DNA of 64,000 bases from Euprymna scolopes. Taxonomy: Eukaryota. The first letter of the stretch is position 1. Each line of letters starts with the position of its first letter. This document shows, piece after piece, positions 42,301 to 54,638 of this stretch. Under the pieces are notes generated by a model that worked only from the letters and a program-made list of their open reading frames with translations, ran no database searches and was not told where the DNA came from. The stretch lies in the NCBI GenBank assembly GCA_053919585.1, contig CM132794.1. One strand, written 5' to 3'. The position numbers and the translations under genes were made by a program.

Positions 42301-45049
42301 AGTAATATTTCCCCTTCTTGGCGGTCGCAAAGCAGGATCTCCACTAACTTTTGCAAGTATTTTTCAATTATGACGTCATAAATCTATTTCCAACACACCA
42401 TTTCTACTTGATAAACTCGCTCCGATTAGGAAAGTAATATTTCCCCTTCTTGGCGGTCGCAAAGCAGGATCTCCACAAACTTTTGCAAGTATTTTCCTCT
42501 ATGACGTAACAAATCTATTTCCAAAACACCATTTCTACTTCTGTCCGATTAGGAAAGTAATATTTACCATTCTTGGGTGTCGCAAAGCAGGATCTCCACT
42601 AACTTTTGCAAGTATTTTTCCTTTATGACGTCACAAATCTATTTCCAAAACACCATTTCTACTTGATAAATTCTCTCCGATTAGAAAAGTAATATTTCCC
42701 CATCTTGGCGTTCGCAAAGCAGGATCTCCACTAACTTTTGCAAGTATTTTTCCTTTATGACATCACAAATCTTTTTCCAAAACACTATTTCTACTTCTCT
42801 CCTATTAGGAAAGTAATATTTCCCCTTCTTGGCGGTCGCAAAGCAGGATCTCCACTAACTTTTTCAAGTATTTTTCCTTTATGACGTCACAAATCTAGTT
42901 CCAAAACACCATTTCTACTTCTCTCCGATAAGGAAAGTAATATTTCCCCTTCTTGGCGGTCGCAAAGCAGGATCTCCACTAACTTTGCAAGTATTTCTTC
43001 GTTTATGACGTCACAAATCTATTTCCAAAACACCATTTCTACTTCTCTCCGATTAGGAAGGTAATATTTCCCCTTCTTTGCGGTCGCAAAGCAGGATCTC
43101 CACTAACTTTTGCAAGTATTTTTTCATTTATGACGTCACAAATCTATTTCCTAAACACCATTTCTCTCCGATAAGGAAGTAATATTTACCCTTCTTGGCG
43201 GTCGCAAAGCAGGATCTCCACTAACTTCTGCAAGTATTTTTCCATTATGACGTCAAAAATCTATTTCCAAAACTCCATTTCTACTTGATAAATTCTCTCC
43301 GATTAGGAAAGTAATAGTTCCCCTTCTTGGCGGTCGCAAAGCAGGATCTCCACTAACTGTTGCAAGTATGGTTCCTTTATGACGTCACAAATCTATTTCC
43401 AAAACACAATTTCTACTTGTATAAATTCTCCCCGATTAGGAAAGTAATATTTCCCCTTCTTGGCGGTCGCAAAGCAGGATCTCCACTAACTTTTGCAAGT
43501 ATTTTTCCTTTATGACGTAACAAATCTATTTCTAAAACACCCATTTCTAATGCTCTCCGATTAGAAAAGTAATATTTCACCTTCTTGGCGGTCGCAAAGC
43601 AGGATCTCCACAAACTGTTGACAGTATTTTTCCTTTATGACGTCCCAAATCTATTTCCAAAACACCATTTCTACTTGATAAATTCTCCCCGAGTAGGAAA
43701 GTAATATTTCCCCTTCTTGGCGGTCGCAAAGCAGAATCTCCACTAACTTTTGCAAGTATTTTTCCTTTATGACATCACAAATCTTTTTCCAAAACACTAT
43801 TTTTACTTCTCTCCGATTAGGAAAGTAATATTTCCCCTTCTTGGCGGTCGCAAAGCAGGATCTCCACTAACTTTTGCAAGTATTTTTCCTTTATGACCTC
43901 ACAAATCTAGTTCCAAAACACCATTTCTACTTCTCTCCGATAAGGAAAGTAATATTTCCCCTTCTTGGCGGTCGCAAAGCAGGATCTCCACTAACTTTGC
44001 AAGTATTTCTTCGTTTATTACGTCACAAATCTATTTCCAAAACACCATTTCTACTTCTCTCCGATTAGGAAGGTAATATTTCCCCTTCTTGGCGGTCGCA
44101 AAGCAGGATCTCCACTAACTTTTGCAAGTATTTTTTCATTTATGACGTCACAAATCTATTTCCTAAACACCATTTCTCTCCGATAAGGAAGTAATATTTA
44201 CCCTTCTTGACGGTCGCAAAGCAGGATCTCCACTAACTTCTGCAAGTATTTTTCCATTATGACGTCAAAAATCTATTTCCAAAACTCCATTTCTACTTGA
44301 TAAATTCTCTCCGATTAGGAAAGTAATAGTTCCCCTTCTTGGCGGTCGCAAAGCAGGATCTCCACTAACTGTTGCAAGTATTGTTCCTTTATGACGTCAC
44401 AAATCTATTTCCAAAACACAATTTCTACTTGTATAAATTCTCCCCGATTAGGAAAGTAATATTTCCCCTTCTTGGCGGTCGCAAAGCAGGATCTCCACTA
44501 ACTTTTGCAAGTATTTTTCCTTTATGACGTAACAAATCTATTTCTAAAACACCCATTTCTAATGCTCTCCGATTAGAAAAGTAATATTTCACCTTCTTGG
44601 CGGTCGCAAAGCAGGATCTCCACTAACTTTGCTAGTATTTTTTCCTTTATGACGTCACAAATCTATTTCCAAAACAGCATTTCTACTTCTCTCCGATTAG
44701 GAAAGTAATATTTCCCTTTTCTTGGCGGTCGCAAAGCAGGATCTCCACTAACTTTTTCGAGTATTGTTCATTTATGACGTCACAAATCTATTTCCTAAAC
44801 ACCATTTCTCTCCGACAGGAAAGTAATATTTCCCCTTCTTGGCGGTCGCAAAGCAGGATCTCCACTAACTTTTGCAAGTATTTTTCCTTTATGACGTCAC
44901 AAATCTATTTCCAAAACACCATTTCTTCTTCTATCGAATCATCCAATATCAAATATTTCCCCCTCTTGGCGGTCGCAAAGCAGGATCTCCACTAACTTTT
45001 GCAAGTATTTTTTCCTTTATGACGTCACAAATCTATTTCCAAAATACCA

Positions 45050-48000
45050 TTTCTAATTCTCTCCGATTAGAAAAGTAATATTTCCCCTTCTTGGCGGTCG
45101 CAAAGCAGGATCTCCACTAACTTTGCAAGTATTTTTTCCTTTATGACGTCACAAATCTATTTCCAAAACAGCATTTCTACTTCTCTCCGATTAGGAAAGT
45201 AATATTTCCCTTTTCTTGGCGGTCGCAAAGCAGGATCTCCACTAACTTTTTCGAGTATTGTTCATTTATGACGTCACAAATCTATTTCCTAAACACCATT
45301 TCTCTCCGACAGGAAAGTAATATTTCCCCTTCTTGGCGGTCGCAAAGCAGGATCTCCACTAACTTTTGCAAGTATTTTTCCTTTATGACGTCACAAATCT
45401 ATTTCCAAAACACCATTTCTTCTTCTATCCAATAATCCAATATCCAATATTTCCCCCTCTTGGCGGTCGCAAAGCAGGATCTCCACTAACTTTTGCAAGT
45501 ATTTTTTCCTTTATGACGTCACAAATCTATTTCCAAAATACCATTTCTACTTGATGAATTCTCTCCGAGTAGGAAAGTAATATTTCCCCTTCTTGGCGGT
45601 CGCAAAGCAGGATCTCCACTAACTTTTGCAAGTATTTTTCCTTTATGACGTAACAAATCTATTTCTAAAACACCATTTCTAATTCTCTCCGATAAGAAAA
45701 GTAATATTTCCCCTTCTTGGCGGTCGCAAAGCAGGATCTCCACTAACTTTGCAAGTATTTTTTCCTTTATGACGTCACAAATCTATTTCCAAAACAGCAT
45801 TTCTACTTCTCTCCGATTAGGAAAGTAATATTTCCCTTTTCTTGGCGGTCGCAAAGCAGGATCTCCACTAACTTTTTCGAGTATTGTTCATTTATGACGT
45901 CACAAATCTATTTCCTAAACACCATTTCTCTCCGACAGGAAAGTAATATTTCCCCTTCTTGGCGGTCGCAAATCAGGATCTCCACTAACTTTTGCAAGTA
46001 TTTTTCCTTTATGACGTCACAAATCTATTTCCAAAACACCATTTCTTCTTCTATCCAATAATCCAATATCCAATATTTCCCCCTCTTGGCGGTCGCAAAG
46101 CAGGATCTCCACTAACTTTTGCAAGTATTTTTTCCTTTATGACGTCACAAATCTATTTCCAAAATACCATTTCTACTTGATGAATTCTCTCCGAGTAGGA
46201 AAGTAATATTTCCCCTTCTTGGCGGTCGCAAAGCAGGATCTCCACTAACTTTTGCAAGTATTTTTCGTTTATGACGTAACAAATCTATTTCTAAAACACC
46301 ATTGCTAATTCTCTCCGATTAGAAAAGTAATATTTCCCCTTCTTGGCGGTCGCAAAGCAGGATCTCCACTAACTTTGCAAGTATTTTTCCTTTATGACGT
46401 CACAAATCTATTTCCAAAACACCATTTCTTCTTCTATCCAATAATCCAATATCCAATATTTCCCCCTCTTGGCGGTCGCAAAGCAGGATCTCCACTAACT
46501 TTCGCAAGTATTTTTTCCTTTATAACGTCACAAATCTATTTCCAAAATACCATTTCTACTTGATGAATTCTCTCCGAGTAGGAAAGTAATATTTCCCCTT
46601 CTTGGCGGTCGCAAAGCAGGATCTCCACTAAATTATAGTATTTTTTCCTTTATGACGTCACAAATCTGTTTCCAAAACACCATTTCTACTTCTCTCCGAT
46701 TAGGAAAGTAATATTTCCCCTTCTTGGCGGTCGCAAAGCAGGATCTCCACTAACTGTTGCGAGTATTTTTCGTTTATGACGTCACAAATCTATTTCCAAA
46801 ACACCATTTCTACTTTATAAACTCTCTCCGATTAGGAAAGTAATATTTCCCCTTCTTGGCGGTCGCAAAGCAGGATCTCCACTAACTTTTGCAAGTATTT
46901 TTTCCTTTATGACGTCACAAATCTATTTCCAAAATACCATTTCTACTTGATGAATTCTCTCCGAGTAGGAAAGTAATATTTCCCCTTCTTGGCGGTCGCA
47001 AAGCAGGATCTCCACTAACTTTTGCAAGTATTTTTTCCTTTATGACGTCACAAATCTGTTTCCAAAACACCATTTCTACTTCTCTCCGATGTGGAAAGTA
47101 TTATTTCCCCTTCTTGGCGGTCGCAAAGCAGGATCTCCACTAACTTTTGCGAGTATTTTTCGTTTATGACGTCACAAATCTATTTCCAAAACACCATTTC
47201 TACTTGATAAACTCTCTCCGATTAGGAAAGTAATATTTCCCCTTCTTGGCGGTCGCAAAGCAGGATCTCCATTAACTTTTTCAAGTATTTTTCCTTTATT
47301 ACGTCACAAATCTATTTCCAAAACTCCGATTGGGAAAGTAATATTTCCTCTTCTTGGCGGTCGCAAAGCAGGATGTCCACTAACTTTTTCGAGTATTGTT
47401 CATTTATGACGTCACAAATCTATTTCCTAAACACCATTTCTCTCCGACAGGAAAGTAATATTTCCCCTTCTTGGCGGTCGCAAAGCAGGATCTCCACTAA
47501 CTTTTGCAAGTATTTTTCCTTTATGACGTCACAAATCTATTTCCAAAACACCATTTCTTCTTCTATCGAATAATCCAATATCAAATATTTCCCCCTCTTG
47601 GCGGTCGCAAAGCAGGATCTCCACTAACTTTTGCAAGTATTTTTTCCTTTATGACGTCACAAATCTATTTCCAAAATACCATTTCTACTTGATTAATTCT
47701 CTCCGAGTAGAGAAAGTAATATTTCCCCTTCTTGGCGGTCGCAAAGCAGGATCTCCACTAACTTTTGCAAGTATTTTTCCTGTATGACGTAACAAATCTA
47801 TTTCTAAAACACCATTTCTAATTCTCTCCGATTAGAAAAGTAATATTTCCCCTTCTTGGCGGTCGCAAAGCAGGATCTCCACTAACTTTGCAAGTATTTT
47901 TTCCTTTATGACGTCACAAATCTATTTCCAAAACAGCATTTCTACTTCTCTCCGATTAGGAAAGTAATATTTCCCTTTTCTTGGCGGTCGCAAAGCAGGA

Positions 48001-50135
48001 TCTCCACTAACTTTTTCGAGTATTGTTCATTTATGACGTCACAAATCTATTTCCTAAACACCATTTCTTTCCGACAGGAAAGTAATATTTCCCCTTCTTG
48101 GCGGTCGCAAAGCAGGATCTCCACTAACTTTTGCAAGTATTTTTCCTTTATGACGTCACAAATCTATTTCCAAAACACCATTTCTTCTTCTATCCAATAA
48201 TCCAATATCCAATATTTCCCCCTCTTGGCGGTCGCAAAGCAGGATCTCCACTAACTTTTGCAAGTATTTTTTCCTTTATGACGTCACAAATCTATTTCCA
48301 AAATACCATTTCTACTTGATGAATTCTCTCCGAGTAGGAAAGTAATATTTCCCCTTCTTGGCGGTCGCAAAGCAGGATCTCCACTAACTTTTGCAAGTAT
48401 TTTTCCTTTATGACGTAACAAATCTATTTCTAAAACACCATTTCTAATTCTCTCCGATAAGAAAAGTAATATTTCCCCTTCTTGGCGGTCGCAAAGCAGG
48501 ATCTCCACTAACTTTGCAAGTATTTTTTCCTTTATGACGTCACAAATCTATTTCCAAAACAGCATTTCTACTTCTCTCCGATTAGGAAAGTAATATTTCC
48601 CTTTTCTTGGCGGTCGCAAAGCAGGATCTCCACTAACTTTTTCGAGTATTGTTCATTTATGACGTCACAAATCTATTTCCTAAACACCATTTCTCTCCGA
48701 CAGGAAAGTAATATTTCCCCTTCTTGGCGGTCGCAAATCAGGATCTCCACTAACTTTTGCAAGTATTTTTCCTTTATGACGTCACAAATCTATTTCCAAA
48801 ACACCATTTCTTCTTCTATCCAATAATCCAATATCCAATATTTCCCCCTCTTGGCGGTCGCAAAGCAGGATCTCCACTAACTTTTGCAAGTATTTTTTCC
48901 TTTATGACGTCACAAATCTATTTCCAAAATACCATTTCTACTTGATGAATTCTCTCCGAGTAGGAAAGTAATATTTCCCCTTCTTGGCGGTCGCAAAGCA
49001 GGATCTCCACTAACTTTTGCAAGTATTTTTCCTTTATGACGTAACAAATCTATTTCTAAAACACCATTGCTAATTCTCTCCGATTAGAAAAGTAATATTT
49101 CCCCTTCTTGGCGGTCGCAAAGCAGGATCTCCACTAACTTTGCAAGTATTTTTCCTTTATGACGTCACAAATCTATTTCCAAAACACCATTTCTTCTTCT
49201 ATCCAATAATCCAATATCCAATATTTCCCCCTCTTGGCGGTCGCAAAGCAGGATCTCCACTAACTTTCGCAAGTATTTTTTCCTTTATAACGTCACAAAT
49301 CTATTTCCAAAATACCATTTCTACTTGATGAATTCTCTCCGAGTAGGAAAGTAATATTTCCCCTTCTTGGCGGTCGCAAAGCAGGATCTCCACTAAATTA
49401 TAGTATTTTTTCCTTTATGACGTCACAAATCTGTTTCCAAAACACCATTTCTACTTCTCTCCGATTAGGAAAGTAATATTTCCCCTTCTTGGCGGTCGCA
49501 AAGCAGGATCTCCACTAACTGTTGCGAGTATTTTTCGTTTATGACGTCACAAATCTATTTCCAAAACACCATTTCTACTTGATAAACTCTCTCCGATTAG
49601 GAAAGTAATATTTCCCCTTCTTGGCGGTCGCAAAGCAGGATCTCCACTAACTTTTGCAAGTATTTTTTCCTTTATGACGTCACAAATCTATTTCCAAAAT
49701 ACCATTTCTACTTGATGAATTCTCTCCGAGTAGGAAAGTAATATTTCCCCTTCTTGGCGGTCGCAAAGCAGGATCTCCACTAACTTTTGCAAGTATTTTT
49801 TCCTTTATGACGTCACAAATCTGTTTCCAAAACACCATTTCTACTTCTCTCCGATGTGGAAAGTAATATTTCCCCTTCTTGGCGGTCGCAAAGCAGGATC
49901 TCCACTAACTTTTGCGAGTATTTTTCGTTTATGACGTCACAAATCTATTTCCAAAACACCATTTCTACTTGATAAACTCTCTCCGATTAGGAAAGTAATA
50001 TTTCCCCTTCTTGGCGGTCGCAAAGCAGGATCTCCATTAACTTTTTCAAGTATTTTTCCTTTATTACGTCACAAATCTATTTCCAAAACTCCGATTGGGA
50101 AAGTAATATTTCCTCTTCTTGGCGGTCGCAAAGCA
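45050..50135 (+). repeat. Higher-order repeat, 2765-bp period (~22 monomers, ~2 copies) with internal 626/383-bp sub-repeats
   Basis: ORFs 45366/48131, 45992/48757 and 46375/49140 are all offset by 2765. The deletion variant CAAAACTCCGATTGGG occurs at ~47320 and ~50085. Confidence 0.88.
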
Positions 50136-52344
50136 GGATCTCCACTAACTTTTTCGAGTATTTTTCATTTATGACGTCACAAATCTATTTCCTAAACACC
50201 ATTTCTCTCCGATAAGGAAAGTAATATTTCCCCTTCTTGGCGGTCGCAAAGCAGAATCTCCACTAACTTTTGCAAGTATTTTTTCCTTTATGACGTCACA
50301 CATCTGCTTCCAAAACACCATTTCTACTTCTCTCCGATTAGGAAAGTAATATTTCCCCGTCTTTGCGGTCGCAAAGCAGGATCTCCACTAACTTTTGTAA
50401 GTAGTTTTCCTTTATGACGTCACAAATCTATTTCCAAAACACCATTTCTACTTCTCTCCGATTAGTAAAGTAATATTTCCCCTTCTTTGCGGTCGCAAAG
50501 CAGGATCTTCACTAACTTTTGCAAGTATTTTTTCCTTTATGGCGTCACAAATCTATTTCCAAAACACCATTTCTACTTGATAAATTTTCTCCGATTAGGA
50601 AAGTAATATTTACCCTTCTTGGCGGTCGCAAAGCAGGATCTCCACTAACTTTTTCAAGTATTTTTCCTTTATGACGTCACAAATCTATTTCCAAAACACC
50701 ATTTCTACTTCTCTTCGATTAGGAAAGTAATATTTCCCCTTCTTGGCGGTCGCAAAGCAGGATCTCCACTAACTTTTGCACGTATTTTTCCTTTATGACG
50801 TCACAAATCTATTTCCAAAACACCATTTCTACTTCTCTCCGATTAGGAAAGTAATATTTCCCCTTCTGGGATGTCGCAAAGCAGGATCTCCACTAACTGT
50901 GTCAAGTATTTGTCCTTTCTGACGTCACAAATCTATTTCCAAAACACCATTTCTACTGCTCTCCGATTAGGAAAGTAATATTTCCCCTTCTTGGCGGTCG
51001 CAAAGCAGGATCTCCATTAACTTTTGCAAGTATTTTTTCCTTTATGACGTCACAAATCTATTTCCAAAACACCATATCTACTTCTCTCCGATTAGGAAAG
51101 TAATATTTCCCCTTTCTTGGCGGTCGCAAGCATTTTTTGTTATAAAGTTTATACTTGCGGGATCATCACCAATGTTTCTGTAGTTAAAACAATCAAGTGT
51201 TAATTGTCCTACACTAGCAAGTAACAATTAACGAGATTAAATTCGAGACGCTGTTGTCAAAATTCACTAATCAAAATCCGATATTGCTTCCAAAAATGCG
51301 AGTTTTTTACTCCAAAATACGATGTGCTATTTAGAATACTTGCTGTCCCCACGTTTAAATCCCAAATCAATGCAGTGTCTGAAAAGGCAGGCTTTTTTTT
51401 CAAACCGGAAGCATGTGATTTGCATATTAGGTGACACATCACAAGTGTATAAAGAGAAACGACGGCCATTTTATTTTTGTTTGTCTTCGTTCTTTTTTAT
51501 TTACTGCACGGGACACTACAGGCTGCACAAAGCAGGTGTACCGATTTTTAGAGCGTTTAATCACAGAAGAGTGACGTATATTGCTTTGGATAGCATTTCA
51601 GACCATATTTCCTTTGTGATATTTTTATTTGTGATGGCAGAAAGCTATTTGCCAAACAAAATCAACTCTATGAATTCGCTCTGTTTTGGCAAATAATACT
51701 TTCTTTTATGACGCCACGAAGCATTTGTATTTGTTTGGTTTGTTTGTTTTGTTTTTTTGGGGGGGGTGTTTTTTGTTTTCAAAAAATGTTAATACTTGTA
51801 ATATCCTCCTCAATTTTCTGGTGACGCTGCAAATTTTGTAAAAACAACATTCATACGTAATGAATTTGCTCCGCTTTTGTCAGAAACTTATTTTATTATT
51901 TCGTCATAAATGTGTTTTTTATTTTTGTTTTTTGTTTTGTTTTTTACAAATAATGTTTCTTCTTGTGAGATCGTCACCAATTCTTCTACGTAAATCTATC
52001 CGTTTTGACGCCACAGCCTTTGTATGAAATAACATCTATACTTGATGAATTAACTCCGATATATCCAGGTGTATTGTTCCTTTATGTCACAACAATGCAT
52101 ATTTAAATAAAGTTTATTCTTGCAGAATACTCACTAATTTTCAAAAGTATTTTTTATTATTTTATGACGCTAGAGAAGTATTTCCCAAACAACGTCTATA
52201 CTTGATAAATTCAATCTGCTTTAACCGAGTAATATTTTTCTTTTATGATTCCACATAATGTTTTATACTTACGGAATCGCTACTTATTTTCCGAATAAAT
52301 TTTATTCTTTTTAACGCTACAAAGTTTTGCACCAAACAACTATA

Positions 52345-52743
52345 TTTTTTATATACGCATTTTTAGTAATATTTTTATATACGCATTTTTAGTAATATTT
52401 TTTAAATACGCATTTTTAGTAATATTATTTTATATATGCATTTTAGTAATATTTTTTATATACGCATTTTTAGTAATATTTTTTATATACGCATTTTAGT
52501 AATATTTTTTATATATGCATTTTTAGTAATATTTTTATATACGCATTTTTAGTAATATTTTTATATACGCATTTTAGTAATATTTTTTATATACGCATTT
52601 TTAGTAATATTTTTATATACGCAGTTTTAGTAATATTTTTATGTACGCATTTTTAGTAATATTTTTATCTACGCATTTTAGTAATATTTTTTATATGCGC
52701 ATTTTAGTAATATTTTTATATACGCATTTTCAGTAATATTTTT
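52345..52743 (+). repeat. Minisatellite, 15 copies of ~26-bp ATATACGCATTTTTAGTAATATTTTT
   Basis: Units counted directly. Variation is mostly in T-run length. Confidence 0.95.
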
Positions 52744-52858
52744 ATTTTGTGACGGTATAAAACGTTGTGCCAAATAAAGTTTTTACTTGCGGATCCTCAA
52801 CATTTGTCCGAAATAATTATTTATTTTATGGCGCTATAAAGCTTTGTATCAAACAACA

Positions 52859-53011
52859 TTTAACCCTTCCAAACCTGCACAGTTGATAGCTAAAAAGACG
52901 GCACGGTCGATAGATCAGCCTTTTAATAATACGTTAACAAATGATTGTGCTAATCACTTATCGTCTTTTGTGCTAATTATTGCATAAATGGGTCACTGTT
53001 CCAAGGTTTAA
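52859..53011. mobile_element. Possible piggyBac-type MITE (~145 bp) with TTAA target duplication
   Basis: Starts TTAA-CCCTT and ends AAGGT-TTAA (one mismatch to AAGGG-TTAA). It splits a relic satellite subunit. The inverted repeat is very short. Confidence 0.4.
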
Positions 53012-53156
53012 TGAATTCGCTCTGATTTGGCCAAATATATTTTTATATTGTGACGAGCCAAGGTCTTTTTTTCCGAAATAAAGTGCATACTTGCGTAATC
53101 CTTACTTATTTTGACAAAGAAATTTTATCCTTTATGACGTCATAAAGATTTGTACC

Positions 53157-53159
<3 letters not shown>

Positions 53160-53222
<63 letters not shown>
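53160..53222. repeat. (TA)n microsatellite
   Basis: About 31 TA units. Confidence 0.97.
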
Positions 53223-53229
<7 letters not shown>

Positions 53230-53554
53230 ATATGATGAATAGCCTTCGCTTTAGCAAAGTAATATTTTTGCATGTGACGCCTCATATGTTTGTATAAATA
53301 AAGTCCTAACCAATTTTTCTAATAAATGTTAACCTTTTATGACGTCAGAAACCAATTTCCCAAATAGCATCAACATTTGGTGAATTAACTCCGTTTTAAC
53401 CACGTAATATTTTCCCCTTATATCGCCACAAAGCAGCTCTTAAAATAAACTTAATACTTGCAATAACCTACGTGACGAATACGCTCGGATTTAGCTCAGT
53501 AATTTTTATACTTTATGACGCCACAAAATCTCTATTTCAAACAACGTCTGTATT

Positions 53555-54345
53555 TAGTTAGGGTTGTAGATTCCGTGATTGATTAAATATTAAAATGAAT
53601 ACGTATGCATTAGATACGTTTGAAAGCCAAATCACAACGCAATATTATGAATGATAAAAATATTTATTTGTTTTTCTTTCTTGCCACGGTGTTGAGTTGA
53701 AGAAGAAAATCAGTTATTAAAAGAAAGTCCAAATGTTGTTCCTCTTTAGTGTTTTTTTTTGTTGTTAATGCAGGAAGGGCGTTTGCTACGCGATATTCAG
53801 TTAAGGTTGTAGGTTTCGTAACAGAAGCGTTGATTAAATTTTAAAAGGAATACTATGTATACGTTTGAAAGCCAAATCACAACGCAAGGTTATGACGCCA
53901 CAAATCTCTATTTCAAACAACGTCTGTATTTAGTTAGGGTTGTAGATTCCGTGATAGAAACGTTGATTAAATATTAAAATGAATGCGTATGCATTAGATA
54001 CTTTTGAAAGCCAAATCACAACGCAATATTATGAATGATAAAAATATTTATTTGTTTAAAATTAATATATTTCGAAGTAAAATTCATCTTCAGAATGTTG
54101 TCCATTTTAATTCTTTTTGTTTTCTTTCTTGCCACGGTGTTGAGTTGAAGAAGAAAATCAGTTATTAATGTATACGTTTGAAAGCCAAATCACAACGCAA
54201 GGTTATGAAGGATAAACAATATTTATTTCTTTAAAATTGATATATTTCTGCAAACTATATTAATTTTAAACAAATAAATATTGTTTATCCTTCATAATAT
54301 TTCGTCGTGATTTGGCTTTAAAACGTATCTCATACATACGTATTA
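53555..54345. repeat. Second repeat family (~250-310-bp unit), rearranged tandem copies ending in an inverted copy
   Basis: GTTAGGGTTGTAGATTCC and ATACGTTTGAAAGCCAAATCACAACGCAA recur several times. 54172-54244 and 54256-54328 form an imperfect inverted pair. Confidence 0.8.
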
Positions 54346-54638
54346 ATCTCAACATCTACATTTGAATCAATTTTTTCCGCATTTGTAAAGTAGCATTTTC
54401 CCTTTATGATACCACCAAGTATTTTTTTCATAAAGTATATACTTGTGGAATCTGTACATATTTTTTCTTAGGGTTTTTATCCTTCAAAAGACAACAAATT
54501 ATTTTACATTTTATGTTTTGTTTTGCTTTTATTTCAATAATAAAGTTTATATTTGCGGCATCCTCAGCAATTTTTTAAAATACGTTTCCTCTTTTATAAC
54601 TTAAAACTGTTTGATGAACTCACCACGTTTTTTGAAAG

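Larger units (their letters stand above)
1..51132 (+). repeat. Tandem satellite DNA array, ~400 monomers of ~119/125/133 bp
   Basis: Uninterrupted head-to-tail copies of TGGCGGTCGCAAAGCAGGATCTCCACTAACTTTTGCAAGTATTTTTTCCTTTA-TGACGTCACAAATCTATTTCCAAAACACCATTTCTACTT(GATAAATT)CTCTCCGATTAGGAAAGTAATATTTCCCCTTCT. The long form is 53+80=133 bp; loss of GATAAATT gives 125; a further ~6-bp loss gives ~119. The array runs off the window start. Copy number is estimated as length/~127. Confidence 0.98.

Noticed and set aside
1427-49328. Dozens of 60-134 aa ORFs (MQVFFLYDVTNLFPKHHFYFSPIRK...) suggesting a repetitive protein family
   Set aside because: They are translations of the satellite. Monomer lengths and T-run indels shift frame constantly, many starts are TTG, and no frame is preserved.
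1-51132. CRISPR-like or cassette array (constant repeat with variable segment)
   Set aside because: The variable part is only a few recurring indel alleles, not unique spacers. There are no cas or recombinase genes, and the context is eukaryotic TE-rich DNA.
1-51132. Satellite monomer as an RNA gene array (tRNA, 5S, snRNA) or hammerhead-bearing satellite
   Set aside because: The consensus has no CTGANGA core on either strand, no convincing Pol III A/B boxes (GTTCGAG appears only in a rare variant), and no recognisable cloverleaf or 5S similarity. I also saw no canonical CENP-B box.
51180-51700. ORFs 51322-51696 (+) and 51257-51469 (-) and the non-satellite segment at ~51180-51600
   Set aside because: No recognisable domain, and the + ORF runs into satellite relic. 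This is probably an unclassified insertion, but I could not find convincing TIRs or TSDs.
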